Origin: Microcoleus sp.
GTDB taxonomy: Bacteria; Cyanobacteriota; Cyanobacteriia; Cyanobacteriales; Microcoleaceae
Assembly (NCBI GenBank): GCA_042408215.1
Contig: JAYFMW010000010.1
Span: 64,001 to 128,000 of the forward strand
Reading direction: 5' to 3'
Length of the DNA: 64,000 bases
Below are positions 45,301 to 56,004 of this stretch, in pieces. Position 1 is the stretch's first letter. Every line of letters starts with the position of its first letter. Position numbers and translations under genes: made by a program. The notes below the pieces were generated by a model. It had not been told where the DNA came from and made no database searches. It worked only from the letters and a program-made list of their open reading frames with translations.

Positions 45301-48157
45301 CGAAGTATGCCGAGCTTGGCGCTTCTTACCGGCGTTTCAATCCCTGATAGGGTTTTAGGTGTTTTCCGGCATTTGACCATGATCTGCTTGGACTCTTCGG
45401 AGCACGGTTTCAATCCCTGATAGGGTTTTAGGTGTTTTCCGGCCCTCAGTGACTCGCAAACTCTGCTCAATTTAGTGTTTCAATCCCTGATAGGGTTTTA
45501 GGTGTTTTCCGGCCGCGAATAGCCGCAATCAGCTTATGTCAAACAATGTTTCAATCCCTGATAGGGTTTTAGGTGTTTTCCGGCGAGTCGCAAGACTTGT
45601 CTGCGTTCCATATACGCGTTTCAATCCCTGATAGGGTTTTAGGTGTTTTCCGGCTAGTGGATCCCGTGCCTAAATTGAGGTTCAGAATAGTTTCAATCCC
45701 TGATAGGGTTTTAGGTGTTTTCCGGCAGCCGTTGCTGATACTTTGCACAGGCTGAAATGGAGTGTTTCAATCCCTGATAGGGTTTTAGGTGTTTTCCGGC
45801 TCATAGCACGATACCAGGATACTAACTATCTGTTGTTTCAATCCCTGATAGGGTTTTAGGTGTTTTCCGGCTTTACCGCTAGTTCTTCAAGCCTGCTACT
45901 TGAAGGTTTCAATCCCTGATAGGGTTTTAGGTGTTTTCCGGCAAGTTTTCCTCTATTCTGCTGGGTTTTAGCTCGGGTTTCAATCCCTGATAGGGTTTTA
46001 GGTGTTTTCCGGCAAATAGGACAATACTACCATAGCATAAACCAATGGTTTCAATCCCTGATAGGGTTTTAGGTGTTTTCCGGCAATCTAAAAAAACCAC
46101 CCTCAAGAATAGCACTGTATCGTTTCAATCCCTGATAGGGTTTTAGGTGTTTTCCGGCCAGAGTAGATCCAAAAATTGCCCCATCCCCACAAGTTTCAAT
46201 CCCTGATAGGGTTTTAGGTGTTTTCCGGCGCAACCCCCGTTGGGTCTCCAGCAACCGTTACCGGTTTCAATCCCTGATAGGGTTTTAGGTGTTTTCCGGC
46301 AAATGTTTGTGAACCTAAACCACCAACTCCTTCTCCGTTTCAATCCCTGATAGGGTTTTAGGTGTTTTCCGGCATTTGCCGGCAAATACTTTGCTGGGTA
46401 GGGATACGTTTCAATCCCTGATAGGGTTTTAGGTGTTTTCCGGCCATTAGTGGACAAACAATTGCATACCATCCATAACTGTTTCAATCCCTGATAGGGT
46501 TTTAGGTGTTTTCCGGCTTAGAAAAAAATGTGCCTGTACCCGCCGGACTGCATGTTTCAATCCCTGATAGGGTTTTAGGTGTTTTCCGGCTGATTGAACG
46601 CCTACACTTGTCGCAAAAATAGCTAGTTTCAATCCCTGATAGGGTTTTAGGTGTTTTCCGGCAGAGTATTTGTCCTCTTTTTTGAATGGTTACAATCGTA
46701 AGTTTCAATCCCTGATAGGGTTTTAGGTGTTTTCCGGCATTGTATTGGGCGGTGGCAGAAGCAATCCGAGGTTGTTTCAATCCCTGATAGGGTTTTAGGT
46801 GTTTTCCGGCTCGATCGCAAAAATAATACAGGAGACTGGAATGAGTTTCAATCCCTGATAGGGTTTTAGGTGTTTTCCGGCCCGTTTTGGCCATATTATC
46901 GCCGTCAATGGTTTTGTTTCAATCCCTGATAGGGTTTTAGGTGTTTTCCGGCTTGCTGAAACCGACCGCCGGAAATGCTACTGCCGGTTTCAATCCCTGA
47001 TAGGGTTTTAGGTGTTTTCCGGCTTGTACTCTAGAATCAAGCCTTATACAGAGAGATTGTTTCAATCCCTGATAGGGTTTTAGGTGTTTTCCGGCGCAAA
47101 CCCATCACAATGCCACCAGATTCAATCAGTTTCAATCCCTGATAGGGTTTTAGGTGTTTTCCGGCTTAATTAAGAGTCGCGACGACGCTAAGGGTTGGGT
47201 TTCAATCCCTGATAGGGTTTTAGGTGTTTTCCGGCTGAATCCTTTCCTACCTTGAAGTAGTGCTGGCGTTTCAATCCCTGATAGGGTTTTAGGTGTTTTC
47301 CGGCAAAAAACTCGCTGCAATATTTGGAGAGCGCGTCAGTTTCAATCCCTGATAGGGTTTTAGGTGTTTTCCGGCGTCGATTTGTAATCAGAGTCTATTT
47401 CATTGGAAGTTTCAATCCCTGATAGGGTTTTAGGTGTTTTCCGGCGCGGTGGCAACTTCATTACCATTCAATGACCAAGTGTTTCAATCCCTGATAGGGT
47501 TTTAGGTGTTTTCCGGCATGCAGGCAAGAAATTTCATGAGGATAAAAATCTGTTTCAATCCCTGATAGGGTTTTAGGTGTTTTCCGGCACAACAACGGGG
47601 TAGCCCAACTAAATACGCTTGTCAGTTTCAATCCCTGATAGGGTTTTAGGTGTTTTCCGGCCTTCCTGTTTGAGTGCAAGCAAGACAGGATTTGAGTTTC
47701 AATCCCTGATAGGGTTTTAGGTGTTTTCCGGCTTGGGCACTGAGTGCAACACTCGGCTGTTAAAGGTGTTTCAATCCCTGATAGGGTTTTAGGTGTTTTC
47801 CGGCGGTTGATCGTGGGGGCGATCGGTGCGGCCGCAAGGTTTCAATCCCTGATAGGGTTTTAGGTGTTTTCCGGCGCGCAAGCCCAGCTGCAAAAACAGT
47901 CATACAAAGTTTCAATCCCTGATAGGGTTTTAGGTGTTTTCCGGCCTTTAATGTTCGGTCTAAGGCGCGCACGGATTCTGTTTCAATCCCTGATAGGGTT
48001 TTAGGTGTTTTCCGGCGCTAGCCCCATTACTCCCGGCGGGAGTCATCCGGTTTCAATCCCTGATAGGGTTTTAGGTGTTTTCCGGCTGCAAGTTGGCGCT
48101 CGGAATTCTGTAAACTCCGCGTTTCAATCCCTGATAGGGTTTTAGGTGTTTTCCGGC
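42323..48157 (-). CRISPR. CRISPR array with no cas genes in the window: 81 copies of a 37-bp repeat, probably type I-D
   Basis: Plus-strand repeat GTTTCAATCCCTGATAGGGTTTTAGGTGTTTTCCGGC; crRNA sense GCCGGAAAACACCTAAAACCCTATCAGGGATTGAAAC with a CCCT/AGGG hairpin and ATTGAAAC handle; counted by hand; spacers ~31-46 bp plus one 106-bp anomaly. Confidence 0.97.
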
Positions 48158-48420
48158 CGCCGGTGTTTGAAACCGTTGCTGTATTTGGTTTTCGAGGTTC
48201 GTTTGCGTCTGCATAAACTAAAAATACCATTTCAGCCTCCACCTGTCAATATCCTATTTTGACTTTTATCTTCAAACCCTTGTCAGACAAGGGCTTCAGC
48301 ATTTGCGTCTGCCCTGTATTCCCGGAATCGGCATCAAACCCTTACAGCAATTGCATTACAGCCCCAAAAATTAACCCCTCGATTTTTACACCTAGCAACA
48401 GACGCAATTTTACAAAAAAA
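48158..48420 (-). promoter_or_regulatory. CRISPR leader
   Basis: Non-coding region adjacent to the 5' end of the first repeat in crRNA sense; contains repeated TTTGCGTCTGC and AAACCCTT motifs. Confidence 0.7.
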
Positions 48421-48519
48421 TCTAGTTCGATCGCGCCAGGCACCCCCAGACAGCAAAACCTCATATCAATAATTATAAGCTGTCAGGCAAAATAGATTTG
48501 AACCGTTAAACTTCAAACC

Positions 48520-49581
48520 ATGACCAAAACCTTAATTCCCGTGATTCTCGCCGGCGGTAAAGGCGAACGCTTCTGGCCACTCAGTCGCAAACATCGCCCC
48601 AAACAGTTTTTGAGTCTCGATGGTAGCGGCAAAAGTTTGCTGCAAGTCACAGCCGATCGCCTGTTAACATTAGGTGGCGGTTGGGACGATTTGTGGGTAG
48701 TGACATCCGAAATGTTGGCTGCGGGAGTGCGCGAACAGTTGCCGCTGCTACCTCCTGAGAATTTGCTGGCGGAACCGGAGGGCCGGGATACTGCGCCGGC
48801 GGTGGCTTGGAGTGCGATCGAAATTGCGAAACGTTACGGTGAGGATGCGGTTGTCGGGTTTTTCCCGGCGGATCACTGGATTGGGGAACCGGAGGAGTTT
48901 GAGAAGACTTTGGCTGCGGCGGCCCAGTTGGCGATCGAGAAAAGTGCGATCGCCACTTTAGGAGTCAAACCGAGTTACGCTTCCACTGGCTACGGCTACA
49001 TCGAACAAGGCGAGGAAATTGGCAGTTTTGGCGGTTTTCCGGCCTATCGCGTCGCCCGGTTTACAGAAAAGCCCGATCGCGCCACGGCTGAGGATTTTGT
49101 AGCCAGCGGCAAATTTAGTTGGAACGGCGGAATATTCGTATTTCGAGTCGGAACAGTCTTGACAGAATTGCGAAATTATGTACCGGAAATGATGGCAGCT
49201 TTGGAGGCAAAAGGCGCCCAGGCTTACTCGCAATTGCCGAAAATTAGCATCGATTACGCGCTGATGGAAAAGACGGAAAAAGCCTGTGTTTTGCCTGTAG
49301 GCTTTAGTTGGGACGATTTGGGTGATTGGAATGCGATCGCCCGTTTGCTGCAAGGAGACAAGCCGAATGTGGAATTAGCAAAACACATCGGAATTGATAC
49401 GAAGGGCGCTATTTTTTATGCAGCGGATGAGAATGAAGTAATTGTCACCATTGGTTTAGAAGATGTCGTAGTTGTCAGAGATGGAAATGTGACTTTGATT
49501 GTCAAAAAAGACAGGACGCAGGAGATTAAACAGGTAATCAAGGTGTTGGGAGAAGATGAGAAGTTGAAAGATTTGCTGTAA
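48520..49581 (+). CDS. manC: Mannose-1-phosphate guanylyltransferase
   Basis: ILAGGKGERFWPLSR..PKQFL, EPEGRDTAPA, PADH, YGYI, FTEKP, SIDYALME, WDDLGDW. Confidence 0.92.
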   Translation: MTKTLIPVILAGGKGERFWPLSRKHRPKQFLSLDGSGKSLLQVTADRLLTLGGGWDDLWVVTSEMLAAGVREQLPLLPPENLLAEPEGRDTAPAVAWSAIEIAKRYGEDAVVGFFPADHWIGEPEEFEKTLAAAAQLAIEKSAIATLGVKPSYASTGYGYIEQGEEIGSFGGFPAYRVARFTEKPDRATAEDFVASGKFSWNGGIFVFRVGTVLTELRNYVPEMMAALEAKGAQAYSQLPKISIDYALMEKTEKACVLPVGFSWDDLGDWNAIARLLQGDKPNVELAKHIGIDTKGAIFYAADENEVIVTIGLEDVVVVRDGNVTLIVKKDRTQEIKQVIKVLGEDEKLKDLL

Positions 49582-49587
49582 GCAACG

Positions 49588-49767
49588 GAGGACACGGCGA
49601 TGCCGTTTCCCTACCCCAAAACGATCGCGAATTATATCGTTTCCGGTTGCATCGGAATGGTTTAACCGCAGAGAACGCAGAGAACACAGAGGGAGATAAG
49701 AGAGATGAATAATTCCGATGAAGAGTGGATTTGATATTAATTGTAGGGAAACGGCACTGCGTGTCCT
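49588..49767. repeat. Inverted REP doublet enclosing a ~105-bp MITE-like unit (ATATCxxxTCCG..GGATTTGATAT)
   Basis: GCCGTTTCCCTAC / GTAGGGAAACGGC arms; the inner unit recurs at 50926-51029 and 55886-55989. Confidence 0.65.
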
Positions 49768-49824
49768 CATTTTGGGTAATATCTCGGTGGTTGAAAGTGC
49801 GCGGACTAAGCAATAAAGAGCAGA

Positions 49825-50907
49825 CTAAAGCTGAGTGCAACTTTTGGCCGCCGCCGCCTGTTGCCGCATCAGCTTAGCAGTGTTACAAGCAGGTTGGGAA
49901 ACCGTTAAACTCGATGTCCCAGCCCCCTGAGCCAACAACTGAGATGGTGGCTTTAAACTGATATTTTTAGGCTGTTTCTCTGCCATTTTAGTCGAAAACT
50001 GCGGTGCTGATTGCAAAAACTTTTCGATGGGAATTCCCCAACTCGATCGCACCATTAACTCCCGCATTGGTTCACAAGGTTTCGAGCCATCCTGAAACAC
50101 ATAAGGATCTCCCCAAAGCGGATAAGCGTGCATTCCATTGACAGCTACCACCTCACCGGCCAAATTCAGCACCGGGCCACCGCTCATCCCTTTTTCAATC
50201 TGATTGTCATAACCCAGTTGATAGCCATCTTCGAGGGATTTTTCAGGTATGAGCGATACTCGTCCGTGAGTAAATTTCCATCCTGCTGAATCTGATTTGT
50301 TAGCCTCAAAAGGAAACCCGGCAGCATATACTTTGTCCCCTTCTTTAAGCGCTGAAGAACTTCCCAATATACCTATTTTATAGTCGGATTTGGTACTGCT
50401 AAACTGCAAAAGTGCTAAATCTTTACCCGCAAATTGAGTTGGCAAAAATCGGGTAGCAGAGTGAATTTTACCGTCTGGAGTTTGGATGCGATAGGTTTCT
50501 CCTGACTGCAATACGTGGTCGTTTGTAATCGCAGTATAAACTTGTTCTTCCCGCTGAATGATAATCCCCGATCCCCAATTATCTCCCGAAAACACTTTCA
50601 CAGTAATGGAACGAGCTTTCTGAAACATCGCTGTTTTGGCTAAATCTTCCGCCCTCTGGGGAAGCGGTTGTTTCTGGTTCTCCCCTGACAATGGTTTTAG
50701 GGGTTTCGCGGGCAAATTCAGCGGTTGAGTCGCTGGCGACTTCATAGGTGGCTTGCTGAGTTGAAATGTCGATCCTTGAGGTTGCTGTGGTAACTCTGTG
50801 CGGACAATTTCTGCGGCAGAGAAACCTCGACTGTGTACTTGAACTGCTAGGACCGTCAACACACCAGCAGTACAACTAAAAAATACTAGGGAAACCCAAT
50901 TCATCAA
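49825..50907 (-). CDS. Secreted trypsin-like (S1) serine protease
   Basis: Signal-like N-terminus; catalytic triad TNDH / DLA / GMSGGP. Confidence 0.88.
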   Translation of the reverse strand: MMNWVSLVFFSCTAGVLTVLAVQVHSRGFSAAEIVRTELPQQPQGSTFQLSKPPMKSPATQPLNLPAKPLKPLSGENQKQPLPQRAEDLAKTAMFQKARSITVKVFSGDNWGSGIIIQREEQVYTAITNDHVLQSGETYRIQTPDGKIHSATRFLPTQFAGKDLALLQFSSTKSDYKIGILGSSSALKEGDKVYAAGFPFEANKSDSAGWKFTHGRVSLIPEKSLEDGYQLGYDNQIEKGMSGGPVLNLAGEVVAVNGMHAYPLWGDPYVFQDGSKPCEPMRELMVRSSWGIPIEKFLQSAPQFSTKMAEKQPKNISLKPPSQLLAQGAGTSSLTVSQPACNTAKLMRQQAAAAKSCTQL

Positions 50908-51191
50908 AGTTACATAATTTAGGTAATATCAAATCCGGTAGCATCAGAATTATTCAGATCTCTATTCTCTCCCTCTGTGTCCTCTGTGTTCTCTGCGGTT
51001 AAATCATTCCGATACAACGGTCAACGATCTAATACCAATTTAATAGGTCGTTGCACATATTCCAATCCCCCTAAATCCCCCTGAATAAGGGGAGTAGGGG
51101 TTGACTTTGAGAAGAATCTTGTCCCCCCCTTATTAAGGGGGGTTAGGGGGGATGAAATTCTATGGAGCCTCACAAAAAATTGGTATGAGTC

Positions 51192-51752
51192 TTACCAAAC
51201 AGGAGTATCAGACTGCGAATTCGGCTGACTTTCTACAGCAGCCTGTTCGAGATATTCGCTCATATCTATATAAACACGAGACGTGCTTTCATTGAGCGGC
51301 CCAGAAGCGCGGACGCGCACCGCCAGTAGACTGTTTAATACTTGAGTTGGATCGCTACCTCCTTTGAGAGTGAATAGCAATCCAATGCAATTACCTCCTT
51401 CGCGATCGGCAACACAAACTACTTGCTGGTTGTTCATCATACCAGTAGTCAGGTAGTTCAGTTTTTGATTTCGGAAGTATTGCTGAAATCTTGCAGATAC
51501 TTCAATACAGCGCCGTTCTGGACTGTAGCCCGCATCGCGGAAACGATCGGAAGTCCACCGAATCACAGGTACGTCACCCCGATTAGTCCGAGCAATGGTG
51601 GTGGGAGCGCCGTTGCTCGTACCGCAGACAAATGCTCTGGTTTGAAGGGTGGTTTGAGCGCTAGCATAAGTCCCGATCGCACTTACAGCAAATGCGATCG
51701 ATCCAGCGGCAAAAATCGATCTCAATAGCTTGTGTTTTTCAATCATTATCAC
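51192..51752 (-). CDS. COP23-domain secreted protein
   Basis: FVCG..PTT..T.RG.VPVIRW, RCIEVS.RFQ, YLTTG..N.QVVCVA, LLFTLK. Confidence 0.85.
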   Translation of the reverse strand: MIMIEKHKLLRSIFAAGSIAFAVSAIGTYASAQTTLQTRAFVCGTSNGAPTTIARTNRGDVPVIRWTSDRFRDAGYSPERRCIEVSARFQQYFRNQKLNYLTTGMMNNQQVVCVADREGGNCIGLLFTLKGGSDPTQVLNSLLAVRVRASGPLNESTSRVYIDMSEYLEQAAVESQPNSQSDTPVW

Positions 51753-51955
51753 AACTCCTTGTGTTCAAAATTAACAGTTATAGGACGGCAAAAAAAAACC
51801 GGTTTCTCGGAAAAAACGTCGATATATGCGAGAGATACGAAGGCAGAAACCGGGTTTTTGACCGTGGGTTCAGGACTGAGTTAAAAACTTAAAGGTAGAA
51901 ACAATAATTTTTTTGAATTCTACCTTCTAAATCTCTAGTTTTCTGCATTCAAAAG

Positions 51956-53803
51956 CTACCATTCCTTTTCGGAAACAGGCGGGTTATTGATGAGAGACTC
52001 AGGAGTTCCTGACTGCATATTTCTCGCATCCACCGGCGAAGTACCCGGACGGCAAATCGGCTTACCCTGCACGTATAGTGGATCTGGCGGGCGGATGTTG
52101 CTGGCTTCATCGGTTTCGCAGACGATCGATACTGTGACAGGATTGTTATTATTAGCAGTTTCCGTCAAAAACACCGCTCCCACATAGGCTTTCTGGTTGG
52201 GGTTCAGAGGAATAGCATAGTGAAATGCTCCCCTAGTAGTGGTGTGAATCGCAAAGTTGAACTTCGCCATCGGAAGTTGAATGTTAAAAGAGCGTTGCAG
52301 CAAACTGATAGTACCGGTAAATGCACCATTGCGCGTGCGGAAGGTTTGCTGGGCGCGAATTAAGGCTTGAAGTGCTGATTCCGCTCCTGGCGATGTAGCC
52401 TGTCGCACCGCTTGAGGTGCTGGCTGACTGCGCGGCTCTGGTTTTGGCGCTGGTGTGGGCCTTGGTTGCTTTGCTTCTAGGGAGTTATTGGGTGCTGGAC
52501 TTGTTTGAGCAATAGTCGGGGCTGGCCGCTGTGGCTCCACTCTATCAACTGGGTTTCTCGGTAAAGATATTCCCAGTCCGCCGTTGAGCGCCTGTTGGAA
52601 GCCGTCTTCATTCCCCGATGCTCCATCCAGGGATGCTGCTTTTTGAGCGTCCTCATTGGCTCCTTCGCTGTCCCCGACTATGCGGCGCACTTCGCTGCGA
52701 CGGTTGTACCCAACGCTGCTGTTGGGAGCTAGGCGGATGGCTTGGGCTATGTCGGTGTTGGCTCCTATGTAGTCTTTGATTTGAGCTCGGCTGACGCCCC
52801 GCAGGCCGTAGGCATCTGCAAAGGTAGAATTGATTTGGATAGCTCGATCGAAATCGGCGATCGCTTCTTTATGATTTCCCAATTGAGCGTTGCTAGCACC
52901 ACGAACGCGGTGAGCTTCGGCTAATTGGGGATTGTTTTGGATAGCTTTGATGGCATTTTCTAGAGCTGCTCTATAATTTTTTTGAGCGAAATTGGCGTAA
53001 GCTAAACCGTTGAAAACATCGGCGGAGTTTTGATTGAATCGCAGTCCTTGGCTGAAGTCTGCGATCGCCCCTTGATAATTTTGCCGTTTGAGTTTTTCTT
53101 TGCCTTGTTCGGCGTAAGCTTTAGGAGCGAGTTCGACAAAGGTGTTGATAGGAATTCCCAAGTTCACCCACGCTTTCGTGATTGTATCTTCTGTACTCCC
53201 CTCTGTACGTCCGTGAATGCCAATCACACGGCCACGAATATCGAGAATTGGCCCTCCGCTCATTCCCTGACGAGTTGGGTTTGTATAGATTAATTCATAG
53301 CCGTCATTTACCCGTTCGCGAGCTGAAATTTGTCCTGCTGTCATCTGACGGATCTGTCTTGTAATAGTTTCCCCTGGCTTTGGCCAGCCGGAAACGTAGA
53401 TTTGTTCTCCTACGGTAGCTGTTTTAGAATCTCCCAATTGTGCTATCTCGTAAATGCGGTCGCTGACAAAGGGCACGATCGCCAAATCGACTCCCGGTAA
53501 TTGGATAATGTTATTGCTGTCCACTCGGTAGGAAGTGCGATCGGGCGCGACAATCTTTGATTCACCCCCACCCACCATTACGTGTTTCGCAGTCAGCACA
53601 TAATAGGTACTTCCTTCCCTAGCAATAATTATCCCTGAACCCTGATTTTTTCCTTCGATTAATACTGTAATTTGCTCAGCAATTTTATTGACTTGTTCTG
53701 CTGTTTGTGCTACAGCATTTTGACTTTGTACGATCGCAATTGTTGCACCGATCAGGGCTGCTGAAAGTCCGTATTTAAACCTAATTGTCATATGATTCTC
53801 CAT
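51956..53803 (-). CDS. Secreted trypsin-like protease with TPRs and a C-terminal pilin-like (type IV pilin G/H) domain
   Basis: TAKH / DLA / GMSGGP; ~5 TPRs; P-rich linker; RAQQTF..NG.F..KAYVGAVF..IVCET..C.PG; start placed at ATG 53803 (or 53791) because the longer ORF begins inside a REP. Confidence 0.82.
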   Translation of the reverse strand: MENHMTIRFKYGLSAALIGATIAIVQSQNAVAQTAEQVNKIAEQITVLIEGKNQGSGIIIAREGSTYYVLTAKHVMVGGGESKIVAPDRTSYRVDSNNIIQLPGVDLAIVPFVSDRIYEIAQLGDSKTATVGEQIYVSGWPKPGETITRQIRQMTAGQISARERVNDGYELIYTNPTRQGMSGGPILDIRGRVIGIHGRTEGSTEDTITKAWVNLGIPINTFVELAPKAYAEQGKEKLKRQNYQGAIADFSQGLRFNQNSADVFNGLAYANFAQKNYRAALENAIKAIQNNPQLAEAHRVRGASNAQLGNHKEAIADFDRAIQINSTFADAYGLRGVSRAQIKDYIGANTDIAQAIRLAPNSSVGYNRRSEVRRIVGDSEGANEDAQKAASLDGASGNEDGFQQALNGGLGISLPRNPVDRVEPQRPAPTIAQTSPAPNNSLEAKQPRPTPAPKPEPRSQPAPQAVRQATSPGAESALQALIRAQQTFRTRNGAFTGTISLLQRSFNIQLPMAKFNFAIHTTTRGAFHYAIPLNPNQKAYVGAVFLTETANNNNPVTVSIVCETDEASNIRPPDPLYVQGKPICRPGTSPVDARNMQSGTPESLINNPPVSEKEW

Positions 53804-53947
53804 GCCTAATCTGAAGGAATATTTTTTGTGCTTGAGCGACTTATAGCATTTCTCAGAGTCTGGTAGGGACACGGCTCTTGGAGTGTCCCTACAGCCGTCT
53901 GCTGTATTTCATCCGATTGAAAACCGCTATATTTATCCAGATAATTT

Positions 53948-54514
53948 TCACCACAAAGGACGCTCAGGCTCAGGTTCGCCTTTGATGCTGCTGGGAGATG
54001 CGGGAGTCGCGAAAATATTTCGATCGCCTGGAACTGCGACTGTTGGGGGAAACCCGTTTAGCCAATGAATATAAACAGGAAATATTGGCACTTTTTCATG
54101 GGATTGTGAGAGTTGAATGTCCGAACCCCAAAGAGGTGGCAATTGCTCATACAAATCACTTCCTAATTCAGGATTTAGCACCTTTTCCGCAGAGAAACTA
54201 CCACCTTGAATGATGGTGCAAAAAGCTCTTGGCTGGCTGCTATCAGTAGGTTGAACGCAATCTTTCTGCAATTTCTCTGCCATGTTTTCGCATTGCGAAC
54301 GAGAATTAATTCCTAAAACTTGGAAATCCTCGGACACCCACCTAATTACTGGTATATTGCCCTGGGCTGTTTGAGCTATGATTGCTGGCTCCTCATTAAT
54401 TGTACCGCAAAAAAAACTTAATTCTTGAGCGTAGCTGACACTACTCAAACTAATTGTGATTCCCAAAGTAAATGCTAATGTTGTGGGAATTGAATTTAAT
54501 ACTTTAAGTTTCAC
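53948..54514 (-). CDS. Divergent COP23-domain secreted protein
   Basis: Signal peptide, FFCG..PAIIA.T..GNIPVIRW..QC; second half diverged. Confidence 0.7.
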   Translation of the reverse strand: MKLKVLNSIPTTLAFTLGITISLSSVSYAQELSFFCGTINEEPAIIAQTAQGNIPVIRWVSEDFQVLGINSRSQCENMAEKLQKDCVQPTDSSQPRAFCTIIQGGSFSAEKVLNPELGSDLYEQLPPLWGSDIQLSQSHEKVPIFPVYIHWLNGFPPTVAVPGDRNIFATPASPSSIKGEPEPERPLW

Positions 54515-54626
54515 AAATCACCTCCTTTGCCCTAAACAACTCTCTCATATTTCAGGATATTTGAGAAATACAGCAGATGGCAGGTTTATAGGTACTATTA
54601 ATATCCCCGTAGGGCAGGGCACTGCC

Positions 54627-54823
54627 CATTGGTGTCAACTTAAGCCTGAAAGCCCTGAGAAATCTGGTTTTTACCTGAGTCTAGATCCCCCTAAATCCCC
54701 CTTAAGAAGGGGGACTTTGAGAAGACTCTTGTCCCCCCCTTGGGAAGGGGGGCTAGGGGGGATCTAGATTTAATAGTCAAACAACAGTCTCTGACTGGGT
54801 TTGACCTTAAGTTGACACCTATG
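54627..54823. mobile_element. MITE, CATTGGTGTCAACTTAAG family, with a 9-bp target duplication inside a REP
   Basis: GGCACTGCC at 54618-54626 and 54824-54832; flanks rebuild GTAGGGCAGGGCACTGCCGTGTCCCTAC. Confidence 0.85.
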
Positions 54824-54887
54824 GGCACTGCCGTGTCCCTACCATATTTCATCCGATGAAAAACTGCCATACCACCCAAAACTCATC

Positions 54888-55502
54888 TTAAAAAAGTGGG
54901 TTGCTAGCATCAGATTCCACAGGCTGCGGGGATGCAGATTCTGCGGGTTGGGTTTGGAGATATTCGCCCATGTCGATGTAAAGTCGATCGTTCATTTCGA
55001 CATAAACTCGGCGAGAAGGCGCGTTTTCGTTGAGTGAATTTGCGCTAGCTCGCTCGCGCAAATTCACCAGTCGTTTTAATGTATCTCGCGCATCGCTGCC
55101 CGGTTTAATTGTAAATAACAAGCCGTTGTTTGGCAAGTCGCTGGCACAGTCGCCGCCCTTGGTCTGGGAAACGCAAACTACAGGTTGTCGGTTGATAACT
55201 CCTGTTGTCAGGTATTTGAGCATTCCGGCTTTGTGATACTGTTGAAATCTGCCAGATACCAGTTCGCATCGGCGCTCAGCATCGAATCCAGACTCTGAGA
55301 AACTATTAGAAACCCACTTAATTACTGTGACATTGCCGCCTTCTGGTCTTTGCAAAATAGTTGCTGGCTGACCTCCACTTTGGCCACAGATAAAAGAGCT
55401 TGCGGTTTGGGCGGGAGTCGGACTGCTAGGGACAATAGTTGTAGCAAGTGCGATCGCACTTCCAGTAATTAGCGATATCAGTGACTGAAGTTTCATTGGC
55501 AA
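54888..55502 (-). CDS. COP23-domain secreted protein
   Basis: FICG..PAT, VIKW, RCELVSGRFQ, YLTTG.IN.QPVVCV, LLFTIK. Confidence 0.85.
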   Translation of the reverse strand: MPMKLQSLISLITGSAIALATTIVPSSPTPAQTASSFICGQSGGQPATILQRPEGGNVTVIKWVSNSFSESGFDAERRCELVSGRFQQYHKAGMLKYLTTGVINRQPVVCVSQTKGGDCASDLPNNGLLFTIKPGSDARDTLKRLVNLRERASANSLNENAPSRRVYVEMNDRLYIDMGEYLQTQPAESASPQPVESDASNPLF

Positions 55503-56004
55503 TTTTATTCCTGATTTATTTGATGGATTTGTTGGATAGAAATGATTGCTGATTCTGATTAGGTGGATATTAACTCAAGGTGACAAGTCGCAATGGGTTT
55601 GAGAATGGATAACTGACTCGCAGCCAACATCCTGATTCAACCTGCTATCCCTGTCCGCTGACTATTTTTTTATATCTACCTGTTGAGTGTAATTATAAAC
55701 CAAAACTTCAAAAGAAAACTTAAAGATTTAGAAAAGAACAGAACGAACTAAAGTATGATAATTCTTGAACGTAACATCTTGTACCACCGTCAAAAACCTG
55801 TAGGGGCGGGCGATGCCCTGAGCGTAGCCGAAGGGTTCACCAATAGCCAAGGGGGGTGCAAACAGGTTAAATAAACCCGCCCTCATATCAAATCAGTTGG
55901 TATCGAAATTATTCATCTCTCTCTTCTCTTACTCTGTGCCCTCTGTGGTCTCTGCGGTTTAATCATTCCGAAACAACCGTACTTGATATTACCTAGATTC
56001 GAGA

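Noticed and set aside
42150..48242. Many short ORFs with RKTPKTLSGIET / AGKHLKPYQGLK / VSIPDRVLGVFR
   Set aside because: These are translations of the CRISPR repeat, not genes.
53804..53892. N-terminal extension of the 638-aa protease ORF
   Set aside because: The GTG start lies inside a GTAGGGACAC..GTGTCCCTAC REP; the signal peptide begins at the downstream ATGs.
55771..55784. NtcA-like site GTA-N8-TAC
   Set aside because: It overlaps the terminus of a repeat element (ACATCTTGTACC, also at ~10449) and is probably coincidental.
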